From: Bdellovibrionales bacterium
GTDB taxonomy: Bacteria > Bdellovibrionota > Bdellovibrionia > Bdellovibrionales > UBA1609
NCBI GenBank assembly: GCA_965247685.1
Contig: OZ252021.1
Location: 630,001 to 662,000 of the forward strand
Direction of reading: 5' to 3'
Length of the DNA stretch: 32,000 nt
A model generated the notes under the pieces. It searched no databases and had not been told where the DNA came from. It worked only from the letters and a program-made list of their open reading frames with translations. Numbering within the stretch: position 1 is the first letter of the stretch; each line of letters starts with the position of its first letter. Both the position numbers and the translations under genes were made by a program. Positions 6,512-17,315 of this stretch are shown here, piece after piece.

Positions 6512-6541
6512 ACTCTATTGAGAACCGAAAGATTATGTCAA
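6512..6541 (-). promoter_or_regulatory. Candidate phaR promoter
   Basis: On the minus strand: TTGACA (6536-6541), an 18-nt spacer, then TAGAGT (6512-6517). The -35 element lies inside one copy of the repeated TTATGTCAAG motif. Confidence 0.3.
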
Positions 6542-6805
6542 GAGCTGTTTTAGATTTTTTTTATGAGTTGCAAAAACACTGAATGCTCAGATTTTAGTAT
6601 ATTCAAAAAATCTGAATTTTTATAGTGAATTAACTCGATTTATTAATTTAATTAATGAGTTTATTGGAGCTATTACATTCTTGTCTTGTTAAAAAATAAG
6701 ACTTTAGTGATGTGAAAATCCTATTTTTTTATGTCAAGTTGTTTTTGAAAACATATTTTTTTCAAAATATTTATTTATTTTATTTTACTCCGATAAGTCT
6801 TTTAG

Positions 6806-7657
6806 ATGGAACTTTATCTTCAGAAAAACTGTATTGTTAGTTTATTTTTTTTTATATTTTGTGCGTTAAATCTAAAAGTAATGGCGTCTGTTCCATCTAA
6901 CTCTGTTCCCATATTATCTGATTATCACTATATTTTAGGAGAAATTTCGAGCTTAGAAGAAAAAAGAGATGTAGCTCTTTTTCAATTTAATCAAGTTTTG
7001 AGTTATGACAAAAAAAATCCGTATCTTCGGCTTAGAAAGGCTCAAGAGCTTTTTGAGCAAGGTTTGATTGATCAGGCTCGCATAGAAAGTGAACAGTTAG
7101 TTAAAGAGTGCGATAAAGGCTCTCCTCAAAAAATAGATATTTATTTATTTTTAGCTCAAATCTATCATTCCATGAATTGGCCCCAAAAAGCACTTGATCA
7201 ATATCATCAAATCTTGCAAATACAGCCTCAACATCCAGAAGCCTTGCTCCAATATGCTTTATTGTCCATTGAAAAAGGAGTGACTCCAGCTCAAGGAATA
7301 CTCAGATCTTTAGACCATTTGCCTGATTTTCATCATTATAAGGGCGATATTTATCTCTCTCAAGGAAATGAGCAAAAAGCTATTGCTTCTTTTAAAAAAG
7401 CTTTCTCCTTGGACTCTGGTCATAGGCGGGCTGTCTTGAGGTTATTTCAAATCTATGAATATAAAGATCAAATTCACCGCATCATTAAATTGATAGAACA
7501 ATCAACTTTTCAGGATACTTATATTTTGTCTCTAGTGGCTCAGGCTTATTTAAAAAAAGGGGATAAAGTGCAAGTATTAAGGCAAATAGAAAACTTATTA
7601 TGGGACCATCCTTTAGTGCAAAGTTTTAAAAAAGAGTGGTTATTGCAAAAGATTTAA
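6806..7657 (+). CDS. TPR-repeat protein with N-terminal signal or anchor
   Basis: 283 aa. Hydrophobic N-terminus IVSLFFFIFCALNLKVMA. Repeated TPR-like A..Y...L...P.....A segments (e.g. ALDQYHQILQIQPQHPEALLQYALL and KAIASFKKAFSLDSGHRRAVLRLFQIY). Confidence 0.8.
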   Translation: MELYLQKNCIVSLFFFIFCALNLKVMASVPSNSVPILSDYHYILGEISSLEEKRDVALFQFNQVLSYDKKNPYLRLRKAQELFEQGLIDQARIESEQLVKECDKGSPQKIDIYLFLAQIYHSMNWPQKALDQYHQILQIQPQHPEALLQYALLSIEKGVTPAQGILRSLDHLPDFHHYKGDIYLSQGNEQKAIASFKKAFSLDSGHRRAVLRLFQIYEYKDQIHRIIKLIEQSTFQDTYILSLVAQAYLKKGDKVQVLRQIENLLWDHPLVQSFKKEWLLQKI

Positions 7658-7679
7658 ATATGAGTCTGTACGAAGACGG

Positions 7680-8336
7680 ATGTTATTTAGTATAAGCTTA
7701 TCAAGTATGCCTTTTTACATTTTGTTATTTTTTTTATTATCCTGCCAAACTATAGGTAATAGCCATATTCATTTTTTTACAGGCTCTATTGAGATAAAAA
7801 ACACTCAAAAAAAATCCACTTATAAAATTGAAGTTTATAAAAAGCCGAATCAAGAAGATATGTTTCGCGTAGATATTTTAACTCCTTGGAATCAAGTTTT
7901 ATTGACTTATTTGTGGAATAATAAGGAGTATCTTTTAATATTTCCATTTAATAAAAAATACTATAGATCCCGTAAATCTCCATTTAAAAGCTCTGCAAAA
8001 TGGGCGATACTAATAAAAAATCCTCGTTGGTTTCTTCAAATTTTAAATCGAAAGCCTTCTCCACAATGGAATTGCGATTCTCATTCTCAATTGAATGTGC
8101 AGGACTCTTTTTTAGAAGTGAAGAATAAAAATGATGTAAAAAAGTGTAACTTAGGTTTTATGACGGTGGAATGGAGATCAAATAAAATTCTTTTTCAAGA
8201 TCAAAACAAGGATCAAAGTTTTCGTCTTCATTTGAAACAAAAAAATATTTCTATAAGAAAATTAGAAGGAGTTTTTGAAATTAAAGTTCCTTCAAGTTTT
8301 AGAAAAGTCACAAAAATATTACTAGAAATCCAATGA
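7680..8336 (+). CDS. Putative lipoprotein (function unknown; the LolB/DUF4292-like idea is only a guess)
   Basis: 218 aa with a lipobox-like FFLLSC after a hydrophobic N-terminus. The stop overlaps the trmL start (ATGA at 8333-8336), suggesting an operon. The true start may be the internal ATG at 7707. Confidence 0.65.
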   Translation: MLFSISLSSMPFYILLFFLLSCQTIGNSHIHFFTGSIEIKNTQKKSTYKIEVYKKPNQEDMFRVDILTPWNQVLLTYLWNNKEYLLIFPFNKKYYRSRKSPFKSSAKWAILIKNPRWFLQILNRKPSPQWNCDSHSQLNVQDSFLEVKNKNDVKKCNLGFMTVEWRSNKILFQDQNKDQSFRLHLKQKNISIRKLEGVFEIKVPSSFRKVTKILLEIQ

Positions 8337-8803
8337 ACTCATTCCACGTTGCCCTTATTCATCCTCAAATACCAGCTAATACAGGAAATATTGGTCGCTT
8401 GTGTGTGGCCACAAACACCCATCTCCACCTTATAAAACCACTGGGTTTTAGTCTGGAAGATAAAGATATAAAAAGAGCAGGGCTAGATTATTGGTCTTCT
8501 CTCAATTGCTCTGTTTATGATCAATATGAAGATTGGAAGAATAAATTTAAGAATCATTCTTGCTATTTTCTATCTACAAAAGCTGAAAAAAGTCTTTATG
8601 AAGCTGTTTTTAAAAAGAGTGATGTCTTTGTTTTCGGCTCTGAGAACAAAGGTTTAGGAAAAGATATTTTAAAAGATAATTCAGAAAGGTGTTTCAGGAT
8701 ACCTATGGTTTCAAATACGAGAAGTTTAAACCTATCTAATGCTGTTTCTATTGTTTTATATGAAGCTATTCGTCAGCAGTGTTCTTTTAAATCACATTTA
8801 TAG
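8333..8803 (+). CDS. trmL: tRNA (cytidine/uridine-2'-O)-methyltransferase TrmL (SpoU/TrmH family)
   Basis: 156 aa. HVALIHPQIPANTGNIGRLCVATNTHLHLIKPLGFSLEDKDIKRAGLDYW plus the C-terminal IPM....RSLNLSNAVSIVLYEA are the canonical TrmL (YibK) motifs. Confidence 0.9.
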   Translation: MNSFHVALIHPQIPANTGNIGRLCVATNTHLHLIKPLGFSLEDKDIKRAGLDYWSSLNCSVYDQYEDWKNKFKNHSCYFLSTKAEKSLYEAVFKKSDVFVFGSENKGLGKDILKDNSERCFRIPMVSNTRSLNLSNAVSIVLYEAIRQQCSFKSHL

Positions 8804-8909
8804 TCCTTTTTTGTAGAAAGAACTCAATGTTGCATCTAAAGAATTAAAAATGAATAATTTCTATTCACTCTTGAATAAATTAGACTTTTTCATGTAATCT
8901 GACAAGACG

Positions 8910-11537
8910 ATGATAGGAAGTTTACTAGCCCAATTTTTTGGCACTCAACACGAAAGAGAGATAAAAGCTCTCCGCCCCATGGTGGAGTCTGTTGACCGTT
9001 TGGAAAAGATATTTTCAGCTATGAGTGACTCGGAGCTTCGTTCACAAACAGCTATTATGAAAGAGGAAGTCGGAAAAGGGCGAGCGTTGGATGACCTGCA
9101 AGCTCAAGCTTTTGCAGTTTGCCGTGAAGCTTCTAAACGCGTCCTTGGTATGAGACATTACGGCGTTCAGATCGTAGGAGGATGGACTCTTTATCAAGGT
9201 CGAATTGCTGAGATGAAGACAGGAGAAGGGAAAACTCTAGTGGCAACTTTACCTGTTTATCTGGAAGCTTTAAAAGGAAAAGGTGTTCATGTCGTAACTG
9301 TGAATGACTATTTGGCTCAAAGAGACACGGAGTGGATGGGGCAGCTTTATCATTTTTTAGGTATTACTACTGGGACTATTACTCACGATTTAAGTGACCA
9401 AGAAAGAAAGAAAGCTTATCAACAAGATATCATCTATGGAACAAATAATGAGCTAGGGTTCGATTACCTTAGGGATAACATGAAGTTTAACTTAGAGGAT
9501 TGCGTTCAGCGAGAATTGAACTATGCGATTGTGGATGAGTGTGACTCTATTCTTATTGATGAGGCAAGAACCCCTCTTATTATTTCTGGATCTAAAGATG
9601 AGTCTACTAATAAATATTACGAAGTGAATCGTATTGTTTCTCACTTAAAACCAGAAGTTCATTTTACTATGGAAGAAAAATCTAAAACTGTTTCCTTAAC
9701 AGAAGAAGGAAGTGCAAAGGTTGAAAGCCTTTTAAATATTACTAATTTATACGATATTTCCAGTATCAGTTTTTTACATCATATTTATCAAGCACTTAAA
9801 GCTTATTATCTTTATAGAAAAGATGTCGATTATATGGTGAAAAATAATGAAATTGTTATTGTGGATGAATTTACAGGTCGATTAATGCCAGGTCGAAGAT
9901 GGAGTGAAGGTCTTCACCAAGCTATAGAAGCTAAAGAAGGAGTTAAGGTTAGAAAAGAAAACCAAACTCTAGCAACTATTACATTTCAGAATTATTTTAG
10001 GCAGTACAAGAAGCTGGCTGGAATGACTGGAACAGCAGAGACTGAAGCTGTTGAATTTAAAAAGATTTATGATTTAGATGTTATGGTGATTCCTACAAAT
10101 AAACCGATTCAGCGTAAAGATTTCAATGATGTAATTTATAAAACAGAAAAAGTAAAAATGGACAACATTATTGAAGACATCAAACAGTGTCAGAAAATAG
10201 GACAACCAATTTTAGTGGGAACGATTAGTATAGAAAAATCAGAGGAAATATCACAAATTTTAAAAGAATATAATATTAAGCATAATGTACTCAATGCTCG
10301 ACATCATGAAAGGGAAGCTGAAATTGTAGCACAAGCCGGACGTAAAGGAGCTGTAACTATTGCAACTAATATGGCAGGCAGAGGTACAGATATTGTATTA
10401 GGGGGAAATTCGGAGTTCTTAGCTCAAAGTGAGGCAAAATCCAAAGAAAAAGATATCTTAAATAAGTATAAGTCCTTGTGTGAGGAGGAAAAAAAAGAAG
10501 TTCTAGAGGCAGGTGGTCTTTACATTGTTGGAACAGAAAGACATGAGGCGCGTCGAATTGATAATCAATTAAGAGGTCGTTCGGGTAGGCAGGGAGATCC
10601 TGGTCAATCTCGTTTCTATTTGTCATTAGAAGATAATTTGATGCGTATTTTTGGGGGAGAACGTATGCAAAAAATTATGAGCACTCTAAAAATTCCAGAA
10701 GATGAAGCTATTACTGATCGTATGGTGAGCCGGGCTATCGCAGGGGCACAAAGAAAAGTGGAGGGGCATAACTTTAGCATCCGAAAACACCTGTTGGATT
10801 ACGATGATGTGATGAACCAGCAAAGAACAGCTATTTATACCTTAAGAAGAGATATTCTGAGAGCTAAAAATCTAGAAAGAATTGTTTTAGATTACTTAGG
10901 CGATGTCACCTCTTTACTGCTAGATACTTTTGTGAATGAGAATACAAAGCCAGAGCTTTGGAATTTTGAGGCTTTAACTGCAGCTTTGTTAAAGAATTTT
11001 GGTATTCTTTTAGCTTTTGAAGACCAAGAAAAAAGGCAAGTAGATATTATCAATCAAAAAGTGCAAAAGGAAGTGAAGCAGTCCTACGATAAAAAGAAAG
11101 AAGAATTAGGAGAACATTTTTCTTCTGTGGTGCAATTTATTTTACTTCAGACGATTGATTCTTTATGGAAAGAGCATTTAGAAAATATTGATTATGTAAA
11201 AGAAGGTATTAACCTAAGAGGTTATGCTCAAAAGGATCCTCTTATTGAATATAAAAAAGAAGCTTTTAGTCTCTTTGAACAAGTGAATCAGCAGATTGCT
11301 CAGGAATGTATAGAAAAATTATTTAAAATACAACTTTCTGGTTCTGCAAATTACGATATGTCTCATCGTTACAATGAGGAAAAGTTAGATTATAATTCCG
11401 ACAATGAAGCGATGGATTGGAAAAATATGTCCTCTCAAAAAGGTTCTGACTTATCTTATAACAGAGAAGAGACTCCTCAGATGAATCGGGCTCAGAGAAG
11501 AATGCAACAAAGAAAAAAGAAAAAAATTAAAATTTAA
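8910..11537 (+). CDS. secA: Preprotein translocase ATPase SecA
   Basis: 875 aa. Walker A MKTGEGKTL, DEAD-like VDECDSILIDEARTPLIISG, TNMAGRGTDI, and GTERHEARRIDNQLRGRSGRQGDPG. The C-terminus is a basic tail (RRMQQRKKKKIKI) without the usual Cys/His zinc-binding motif. Confidence 0.97.
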   Translation: MIGSLLAQFFGTQHEREIKALRPMVESVDRLEKIFSAMSDSELRSQTAIMKEEVGKGRALDDLQAQAFAVCREASKRVLGMRHYGVQIVGGWTLYQGRIAEMKTGEGKTLVATLPVYLEALKGKGVHVVTVNDYLAQRDTEWMGQLYHFLGITTGTITHDLSDQERKKAYQQDIIYGTNNELGFDYLRDNMKFNLEDCVQRELNYAIVDECDSILIDEARTPLIISGSKDESTNKYYEVNRIVSHLKPEVHFTMEEKSKTVSLTEEGSAKVESLLNITNLYDISSISFLHHIYQALKAYYLYRKDVDYMVKNNEIVIVDEFTGRLMPGRRWSEGLHQAIEAKEGVKVRKENQTLATITFQNYFRQYKKLAGMTGTAETEAVEFKKIYDLDVMVIPTNKPIQRKDFNDVIYKTEKVKMDNIIEDIKQCQKIGQPILVGTISIEKSEEISQILKEYNIKHNVLNARHHEREAEIVAQAGRKGAVTIATNMAGRGTDIVLGGNSEFLAQSEAKSKEKDILNKYKSLCEEEKKEVLEAGGLYIVGTERHEARRIDNQLRGRSGRQGDPGQSRFYLSLEDNLMRIFGGERMQKIMSTLKIPEDEAITDRMVSRAIAGAQRKVEGHNFSIRKHLLDYDDVMNQQRTAIYTLRRDILRAKNLERIVLDYLGDVTSLLLDTFVNENTKPELWNFEALTAALLKNFGILLAFEDQEKRQVDIINQKVQKEVKQSYDKKKEELGEHFSSVVQFILLQTIDSLWKEHLENIDYVKEGINLRGYAQKDPLIEYKKEAFSLFEQVNQQIAQECIEKLFKIQLSGSANYDMSHRYNEEKLDYNSDNEAMDWKNMSSQKGSDLSYNREETPQMNRAQRRMQQRKKKKIKI

Positions 11538-11553
11538 ATTTAAATGGATTAAT

Positions 11554-12303
11554 ATGCAGTGTCCTTATTGTAGTAAAGATATAAAAGATTGTGAAGTAGG
11601 AGAATTTTTTGACTGTCCTTCTTGCAATTCCGCTTTGCAGCTAGAGAATCAGGAATTAATGCTGCTTAAAGAAGGGCAGACTTCGAGCAATGAGCTCCAT
11701 ACTCCTCTAGAAGAAGAAAATTTAGTAGAGTCTCAAGAAAATCCACCGTCCGAAGAATTTGTAGATCATTTTATTTCGACATCTCACTCTCCAGAAAATC
11801 ACCAAGATGCCTCTCCTTTAGAAGATGTGCAAAGTGAATCGTCGACTTCAAAAGAGGTCTACCACTCTTCTCCAGACTTCGAAAATTCAAATATTCTTTT
11901 AGATGAGAAAAACAACTTAGAAAGTGTTTTACCTGAAACAGAATCTCCAGAGGAGATTGCAAAAGAAGAATTTGTGAATAATTCAAAACAAGATGGCAAA
12001 AAGGAAAGTGAAGATTTTCAACCTTTAGAAGATATTGTTCAATTTGGAAATAGTCCTTCTCAGAAAAATTACTTTGTTTATCATTTAACGATTTGTGGAG
12101 TGTTTTCTAAAGATGTTCAGGATCGTGTACAAAAAATTTTAGGATCTAAAGTACTTAAATTAGAGGCTCCTTTATTGCTTTCTCGTCTGAAAGACGGGAT
12201 GTTTTCTGTTCGAGACCTTAATGCAGTGAAAATGGTATACTTGGTTCGAAAACTTTCTTCTTTACCTCTTAAGATTCATTGGACTCAAGAATCTAAATTG
12301 TAA
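11554..12303 (+). CDS. Zinc-ribbon protein with an acidic low-complexity linker and a conserved-looking C-terminal domain (hypothetical)
   Basis: 249 aa. N-terminal CPYC-x16-CPSC zinc ribbon (MJ0042-like layout), an acidic, Glu/Ser-rich middle, and a ~85-aa C-terminal globular-looking region. It starts 17 nt after the secA stop. Confidence 0.7.
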   Translation: MQCPYCSKDIKDCEVGEFFDCPSCNSALQLENQELMLLKEGQTSSNELHTPLEEENLVESQENPPSEEFVDHFISTSHSPENHQDASPLEDVQSESSTSKEVYHSSPDFENSNILLDEKNNLESVLPETESPEEIAKEEFVNNSKQDGKKESEDFQPLEDIVQFGNSPSQKNYFVYHLTICGVFSKDVQDRVQKILGSKVLKLEAPLLLSRLKDGMFSVRDLNAVKMVYLVRKLSSLPLKIHWTQESKL

Positions 12304-12483
12304 AATCAATTTTTAAAATGACTATAAATGTAGTCTGACTCCAAGGTTAAGATGATAGAAGATAAAGAAGTTATTTCTACAAATTTAGAAGCCTTTATTA
12401 TTAATAAATTTCATTTTCTGTAGTCAAAGGGTAGAAAATTTGCTATGAGTAGCTTTTTTAATAGCATTATTATTAGGGATTAA

Positions 12484-13002
12484 ATGTCGAATACTTCTTA
12501 CAATAAATGGGGCTGGATTGTTCTGCTGAGTACAGTTTTTGTCAGCATTGTTTGGGTTCTATATTTTATGATAATCATGGAGCCGCTTGATTTAGGGGAA
12601 GAGTCGAATGTAATTCCTGTGATAGCGGGAGTGAGTGCAGATATCAGTACTGTTGAGGATTATTGGGTGAGCAGTGAACTTATGATTCAAAAAGGAGCAG
12701 AGGTTTATTCTATGTATTGTGCTCTTTGTCATGGCGTTCAAGGCCGAGGTGATGGAGTGGCTGGTCGTGGTTTAAAGCCGCCTCCACGAGATTTTTATTC
12801 AGGAGATTGGAAATTTGGTGGCACGAGCATAGATATCTTTAAAGTGGTTACTCAAGGATCAGAGGGGACATCTATGGCGGCATTTTCTCATATTCCTAAA
12901 AAAGAAAGATGGGCTTTAGTTCACTTTGTTCGTTCTTTGTCTAAAAAACCTGTACCAGACGACTTGAATAAAACAAAGGAGTTTGCGTCCAATGCAGATT
13001 AA
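12484..13002 (+). CDS. Membrane-anchored class I c-type cytochrome
   Basis: 172 aa. N-terminal TM (WGWIVLLSTVFVSIVWVLYFMII), haem-binding CALCHG (CxxCH) and a distal Met context (GTSMAAF). An AGGGA RBS precedes the ATG. Confidence 0.85.
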   Translation: MSNTSYNKWGWIVLLSTVFVSIVWVLYFMIIMEPLDLGEESNVIPVIAGVSADISTVEDYWVSSELMIQKGAEVYSMYCALCHGVQGRGDGVAGRGLKPPPRDFYSGDWKFGGTSIDIFKVVTQGSEGTSMAAFSHIPKKERWALVHFVRSLSKKPVPDDLNKTKEFASNAD

Positions 13003-13822
13003 TTGGAAAAGTTTTTTTTTCATTTTATTTTTAAGTTGTTTAAGTCTTTTTGTGTATGCATATGATGTTAATCGCACTTTTAAGGCGAATGAAATTCCTC
13101 AAGAACTCAAGGGAATACAAATTGATGAAAAACTAGGCTCTTATATTGATAAAGGTTTAAGTTTTATGGACGAACAAAACCAGACTGTTCGTTTAGGAGA
13201 ATATTTTAATCAAAAACCGGTCTTGTTCACCATAATTTATTATAGGTGTCCTAATTTATGCCAGTTGCATCTCAATGGACTTTTTAAAAGTATGAATAGC
13301 CTTAGTATTTCTCCCAATGATTTTGAATTTGTAGCGCTCAGTATGGATCATAGTGAAAAATTTAACTTAGCCTTAGCAAAGAAAAAAAGTTATCTCAGAA
13401 TGTATAAAAATCAACAAGGTCACAACTGGCACTTATTAACTGGGAATGAAAAAAATATCAAAAAAATAAGTGACCAAGTAGGTTTTAAATTTAAGTGGAG
13501 TGAAAAAGAAAAGCAATTTGCTCATTTACCAGTGGCTTATATTCTAACTCCTGATGGGCAAATTTCTCGCTATATTTATGGAGTGGAAGTGAAACCCAAA
13601 ACACTGAACTTATCTTTGGTGGAGGCTTCACAAGGTCGTGTAGGAGGGGTCTTTGAAAGAATTTTGCTTTTTTGTTTTCAGTTTGATCCGAGAAAAAATC
13701 GTTATACACTATATGCTTACAACCTAATGAAAGCTTCTGGTGTGTTGACGGTTTTATTTCTTTTAGCTCTTCTTATTCCCTCTTGGATACGGGCTAAAAA
13801 GGCAAAGGTAAAGGTAAAGTGA
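12992..13822 (+). CDS. SCO1/SenC-family copper chaperone for cytochrome oxidase CuA assembly
   Basis: Thioredoxin-like domain with the CPNLC (CxxxC) motif in FTIIYYRCPNLCQLH, a conserved His context (FAHLPVAYILTPDG) and a C-terminal TM. The ATG at 12992 has AAAGGAG about 10 nt upstream; the ORF track starts at the TTG at 12983. It overlaps the cytochrome c stop. Confidence 0.88.
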   Translation: MQINWKSFFFILFLSCLSLFVYAYDVNRTFKANEIPQELKGIQIDEKLGSYIDKGLSFMDEQNQTVRLGEYFNQKPVLFTIIYYRCPNLCQLHLNGLFKSMNSLSISPNDFEFVALSMDHSEKFNLALAKKKSYLRMYKNQQGHNWHLLTGNEKNIKKISDQVGFKFKWSEKEKQFAHLPVAYILTPDGQISRYIYGVEVKPKTLNLSLVEASQGRVGGVFERILLFCFQFDPRKNRYTLYAYNLMKASGVLTVLFLLALLIPSWIRAKKAKVKVK

Positions 13823-14787
13823 TGTATTTTATAATAATACTTTTGTTTTTTCCTCTGGCTGCACAATCCAACCTGCCTGTGCAAGCCACTCCTCTTTCCG
13901 TGGAAGTGGACCGGATGTACAGTTTTATTCATATTTTAAGTTTAGGGTTTGGGTTGCTGATCGTAGGGGTTTTTATCTTGTTCTCTATATTATATCGAAG
14001 AAAAAATAATTCCCAAGCAACAGCTCAAGTTCATCATAATTTATTTTTAGAGATTCTTTGGAGTTTTATCCCTTTTGTAATCTTTATGTTTATGTTTGGG
14101 TGGGGCTGGTATGTTTACCGTAAAATGAGAACTCCTTATGAAAAAGCTTTAGAAATTCATGTTTATGGGCAAATGTGGAACTGGGATTATGCTTACAAAA
14201 ATGGAAAAAGAATAGCAGATGCTCTTTATGTTCCTGTAAATACTCCTGTAAAATTAATTATGACCAGTCGAGATGTAATTCATAGTTTTTATGTTCCCGC
14301 TTTTCGAATCAAGCAGGATGTTTTACCAAATAGATATACATCTCTTTATTTTACAGCTGTAAAAAAAGGGCTATTTAATATTTTTTGTACGGAATATTGC
14401 GGTACAGGACACTATAGTATGTTATCAAAGGTGCATGTGATGTCTTTGGAAGATTGGGAGAAGTGGATAGCTTCAGATCCTTACGAGGGTTTAGGAATGA
14501 TAGAAATTGGACAAAAAGTTTTTCAAGGTCGTTGTACAGCTTGTCACCAAACGAACACAGAAAAAATGATCGGCCCGGGGTTGGCAGGGATTTTTAATTC
14601 AACTCGTGAACTTAAAAATCATAAACCTGTTTTAGCAAATGAAGAATATATTCGAGAATCCATATTAAATCCTTCTGTGAAAGTAGTGAAAGGTTTTGCA
14701 GATCAAATGACGCCCTTTGCAGGGCTTTTACAAGAAGAAGAGCTGGCAGGTTTAGTAGAGTATATCAAATCGCTGCAAGCGGAATAA
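13819..14787 (+). CDS. coxB: Cytochrome c oxidase subunit II with a fused C-terminal cytochrome c domain (caa3-type)
   Basis: 322 aa. Two TM helices, CuA site HSFYVP...[12 protein letters not shown], and a C-terminal CTACH haem c motif. The start is GTG 13819 or ATG 13822, overlapping the SCO1 stop. Confidence 0.93.
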   Translation: MMYFIIILLFFPLAAQSNLPVQATPLSVEVDRMYSFIHILSLGFGLLIVGVFILFSILYRRKNNSQATAQVHHNLFLEILWSFIPFVIFMFMFGWGWYVYRKMRTPYEKALEIHVYGQMWNWDYAYKNGKRIADALYVPVNTPVKLIMTSRDVIHSFYVPAFRIKQDVLPNRYTSLYFTAVKKGLFNIFCTEYCGTGHYSMLSKVHVMSLEDWEKWIASDPYEGLGMIEIGQKVFQGRCTACHQTNTEKMIGPGLAGIFNSTRELKNHKPVLANEEYIRESILNPSVKVVKGFADQMTPFAGLLQEEELAGLVEYIKSLQAE

Positions 14788-14816
14788 GGTTAAATTTTTT
14801 AAAAAGGGTAAAGAAA

Positions 14817-16382
14817 ATGAAAAATTATTTAAATGAAAAAACAGGTTTGTGGTCATGGCTCACCACACTGGATCATAAACGTATTGGGCTCCTTTATTTA
14901 TTTTTTGTTTTATTCGCCTTTTTTGTTGGAGGAGTTTTTGCAGTCCTTTTGCGTCTTGAGCTGTTTTCTGTTGGTGAAACGATCATGTCTGCAGATACGT
15001 ACAATCAGGTTATGACTTTGCATGGGGTGATGATGGTCTTTATGGTAGTTATTCCAGGAATTCCTGCTATTTTTGGAAACTTTTTTCTGCCTTTACAGAT
15101 TGGAGCTAAAGATGTCGCTTTTCCTCGGTTAAATTTAATAAGCTGGTATATTCTAATAATTGGCGCCACAGTTGCCATCGTGTCTTTAGTTCAAGGAGGG
15201 GTTGACACAGGTTGGACATTTTATACTCCTTACAGTATTCGAACTGATAATGGAACTATCTGGGTTGTAGTGGGCACATTTATTATGGGCTTTTCTTCTA
15301 TTCTAACTGGTCTTAATTTCATTGTGACTATTCATAAATTAAGAGCTCCAGGAATGACATTTTTTAGAATGCCTCTATTTGTGTGGAGTCTTTACTCCAC
15401 AGCAATCATTCAAGTTTTAGCCACACCTGTCTTAGCTATCACTTTATTGTTACTGGCTATGGAAAGATTGCTTGGTATAGGAGTTTTTGATCCTTCCTTA
15501 GGTGGAGATCCGGTTTTATTCCAACACTTCTTTTGGTTTTATTCACACCCTGCAGTTTATATTATGATTTTACCAGCTATGGGTGTGATCAGTGAGTTGA
15601 TTGCTACGTTTTCTCGAAATAATATTTTTGGTTATCGCGCCATTGCTTTTTCCAGCATTGGTATCGCTTTAGTGAGTTTTTTTGTTTGGGGGCATCATAT
15701 GTTTGTGAGCGGACAGTCAGAATTAGCAGGTGCTGTATTCTCCGTTATCACAATGCTAGTGGGAGTTCCTACAGCCATTAAAGTTTTCAATTGGGTTTCT
15801 ACTATGTATAAAGGATCTTTAAGTTTTGAGACCCCTTTCTTATATGCTTTAGGTTTTATTTTTTTATTTCTTATTGGTGGAATGACAGGAATTGTTTTAG
15901 CTACACTGGCTTTAGATGTTCATGTTCATGATACCTACTATGTGGTTGCTCATTTTCATTATGTGATGGTGGGAGGAACTTTATTTCCTTTTATAGGTGC
16001 TATTTTTTATTGGTTTCCCAAAATGTTTGGTAAAATGTTGAATGAAGTTTTAGGGCGTATAAGTTTTGTACTTATTTTTCTTGGATTTAATGTTACCTTT
16101 TTTCCTCTATTTATTGCAGGGGCCCACGGTATGCCTCGAAGATACTATGATTATATTAAGCCTTATGAGGGTTTAAATCAGATATCAACTATAGGTTCTT
16201 GGATGATCTCTTTAGGATTTGTCTTTGTTTTAATAGCTATTATCCATGCTTTGTTTAAAGGTCAAAAAGCTTTAGAAAATCCTTGGGATGGAAGAACTTT
16301 AGAGTGGAGGACTTCTTCTCCTCCGATTCATGAGAACTTTGTAGAACAACCTGTTGTTCAAAAAGGGCCTTATGAACGATAA
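14817..16382 (+). CDS. coxA: Cytochrome c oxidase subunit I
   Basis: 521 aa. [40 protein letters not shown] and 12 TM-like segments; the haem-copper oxidase signature is unambiguous. Confidence 0.97.
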   Translation: MKNYLNEKTGLWSWLTTLDHKRIGLLYLFFVLFAFFVGGVFAVLLRLELFSVGETIMSADTYNQVMTLHGVMMVFMVVIPGIPAIFGNFFLPLQIGAKDVAFPRLNLISWYILIIGATVAIVSLVQGGVDTGWTFYTPYSIRTDNGTIWVVVGTFIMGFSSILTGLNFIVTIHKLRAPGMTFFRMPLFVWSLYSTAIIQVLATPVLAITLLLLAMERLLGIGVFDPSLGGDPVLFQHFFWFYSHPAVYIMILPAMGVISELIATFSRNNIFGYRAIAFSSIGIALVSFFVWGHHMFVSGQSELAGAVFSVITMLVGVPTAIKVFNWVSTMYKGSLSFETPFLYALGFIFLFLIGGMTGIVLATLALDVHVHDTYYVVAHFHYVMVGGTLFPFIGAIFYWFPKMFGKMLNEVLGRISFVLIFLGFNVTFFPLFIAGAHGMPRRYYDYIKPYEGLNQISTIGSWMISLGFVFVLIAIIHALFKGQKALENPWDGRTLEWRTSSPPIHENFVEQPVVQKGPYER

Positions 16383-17001
16383 ACACCATCACGCTCATCA
16401 TTTTGAAAACTTAAAAGCAGAGGCTGATGCCAGCAAGCTTGGTCTTTGGATCTTTTTATGTACGGAGATTCTTATGTTTGGAGGGTTGTTTGTTGCTTAT
16501 GCTATTTATCACAACCTTTATCCCTCTTTGTTTTTGGAAGGCTCAGCATTTTTAGACTGGAAGCTTGGCTCTTTAAATACAGTTGTTTTACTTTTAAGTT
16601 CTTTTACGATGGCATTAAGTATTTTTTTCGTCCAAAAAGATCGTCTGCGTTTGTCTACAGTTTGCTTATGGATTACCTTTTTGTGTGGAGTGGTGTTTTT
16701 GGGAGTAAAATATGTTGAATATTCTCATAAAATTCATGACGGACTTCTTCCTGGTAAATTTTTTTCTTACGAAGCAGTGGAGAATTTAGGGCTTTATTTT
16801 TCTTTTTATTTTATGATGACAGGTCTTCATGGTTCTCACGTGCTTTTGGGTATGGCATTTATTTTTTGGCTCATTGTCCGATCTCATAAGAGGCATTTTA
16901 GAAAGGGTTATGTGTTTCCTTTAGAGTGTGTAGGGCTTTTTTGGCACTTAGTGGATTTAATTTGGATTTACTTATTCCCTTTGCTGTATTTAGTGGAGTA
17001 A
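16372..17001 (+). CDS. coxC: Cytochrome c oxidase subunit III
   Basis: HHHAHHFE near the N-terminus, [10 protein letters not shown] and [13 protein letters not shown] are typical subunit III motifs. I prefer the ATG at 16372, which overlaps the coxA end by 11 nt; the ORF track begins at the TTG at 16354. Confidence 0.92.
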   Translation: MNDKHHHAHHFENLKAEADASKLGLWIFLCTEILMFGGLFVAYAIYHNLYPSLFLEGSAFLDWKLGSLNTVVLLLSSFTMALSIFFVQKDRLRLSTVCLWITFLCGVVFLGVKYVEYSHKIHDGLLPGKFFSYEAVENLGLYFSFYFMMTGLHGSHVLLGMAFIFWLIVRSHKRHFRKGYVFPLECVGLFWHLVDLIWIYLFPLLYLVE

Positions 17002-17011
17002 TAAGGAGGAA

Positions 17012-17311
17012 ATGATGAGTGAACATATTGTTCCATTTAAAACTTATTTAAATGTTCTTTTAGTCTTACTAGCTTTGACAGCAGTTACTGTTTTGGTTTC
17101 ATTGGCGGATTTTGGTGTTTTTAATCTCATTATTTCAATGGGTATTGCAACTTTTAAGGCGGCTTTAGTTTTAATGTATTTTATGCATCTTAAGTATGAC
17201 GATAAAAGTTATCTGGTGATTTTTCTTGTTGGTGTATTTTTTCTTGTGATTATTTTTCTATTCTGTATGTTGGATATTGTCAATCGAATTTTGGAGACTA
17301 ATGTTTTGTAA
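17012..17311 (+). CDS. ctaF: Cytochrome c oxidase subunit IV (small prokaryotic CtaF/CoxIV-type)
   Basis: 99 aa with three TM segments and KAALVLMYFMHLKYD, characteristic of the bacterial CoxIV family. AAGGAGG lies at 17003-17009; the start is ATG 17012 or 17015. Confidence 0.75.
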   Translation: MMSEHIVPFKTYLNVLLVLLALTAVTVLVSLADFGVFNLIISMGIATFKAALVLMYFMHLKYDDKSYLVIFLVGVFFLVIIFLFCMLDIVNRILETNVL

Positions 17312-17315
17312 GCTT

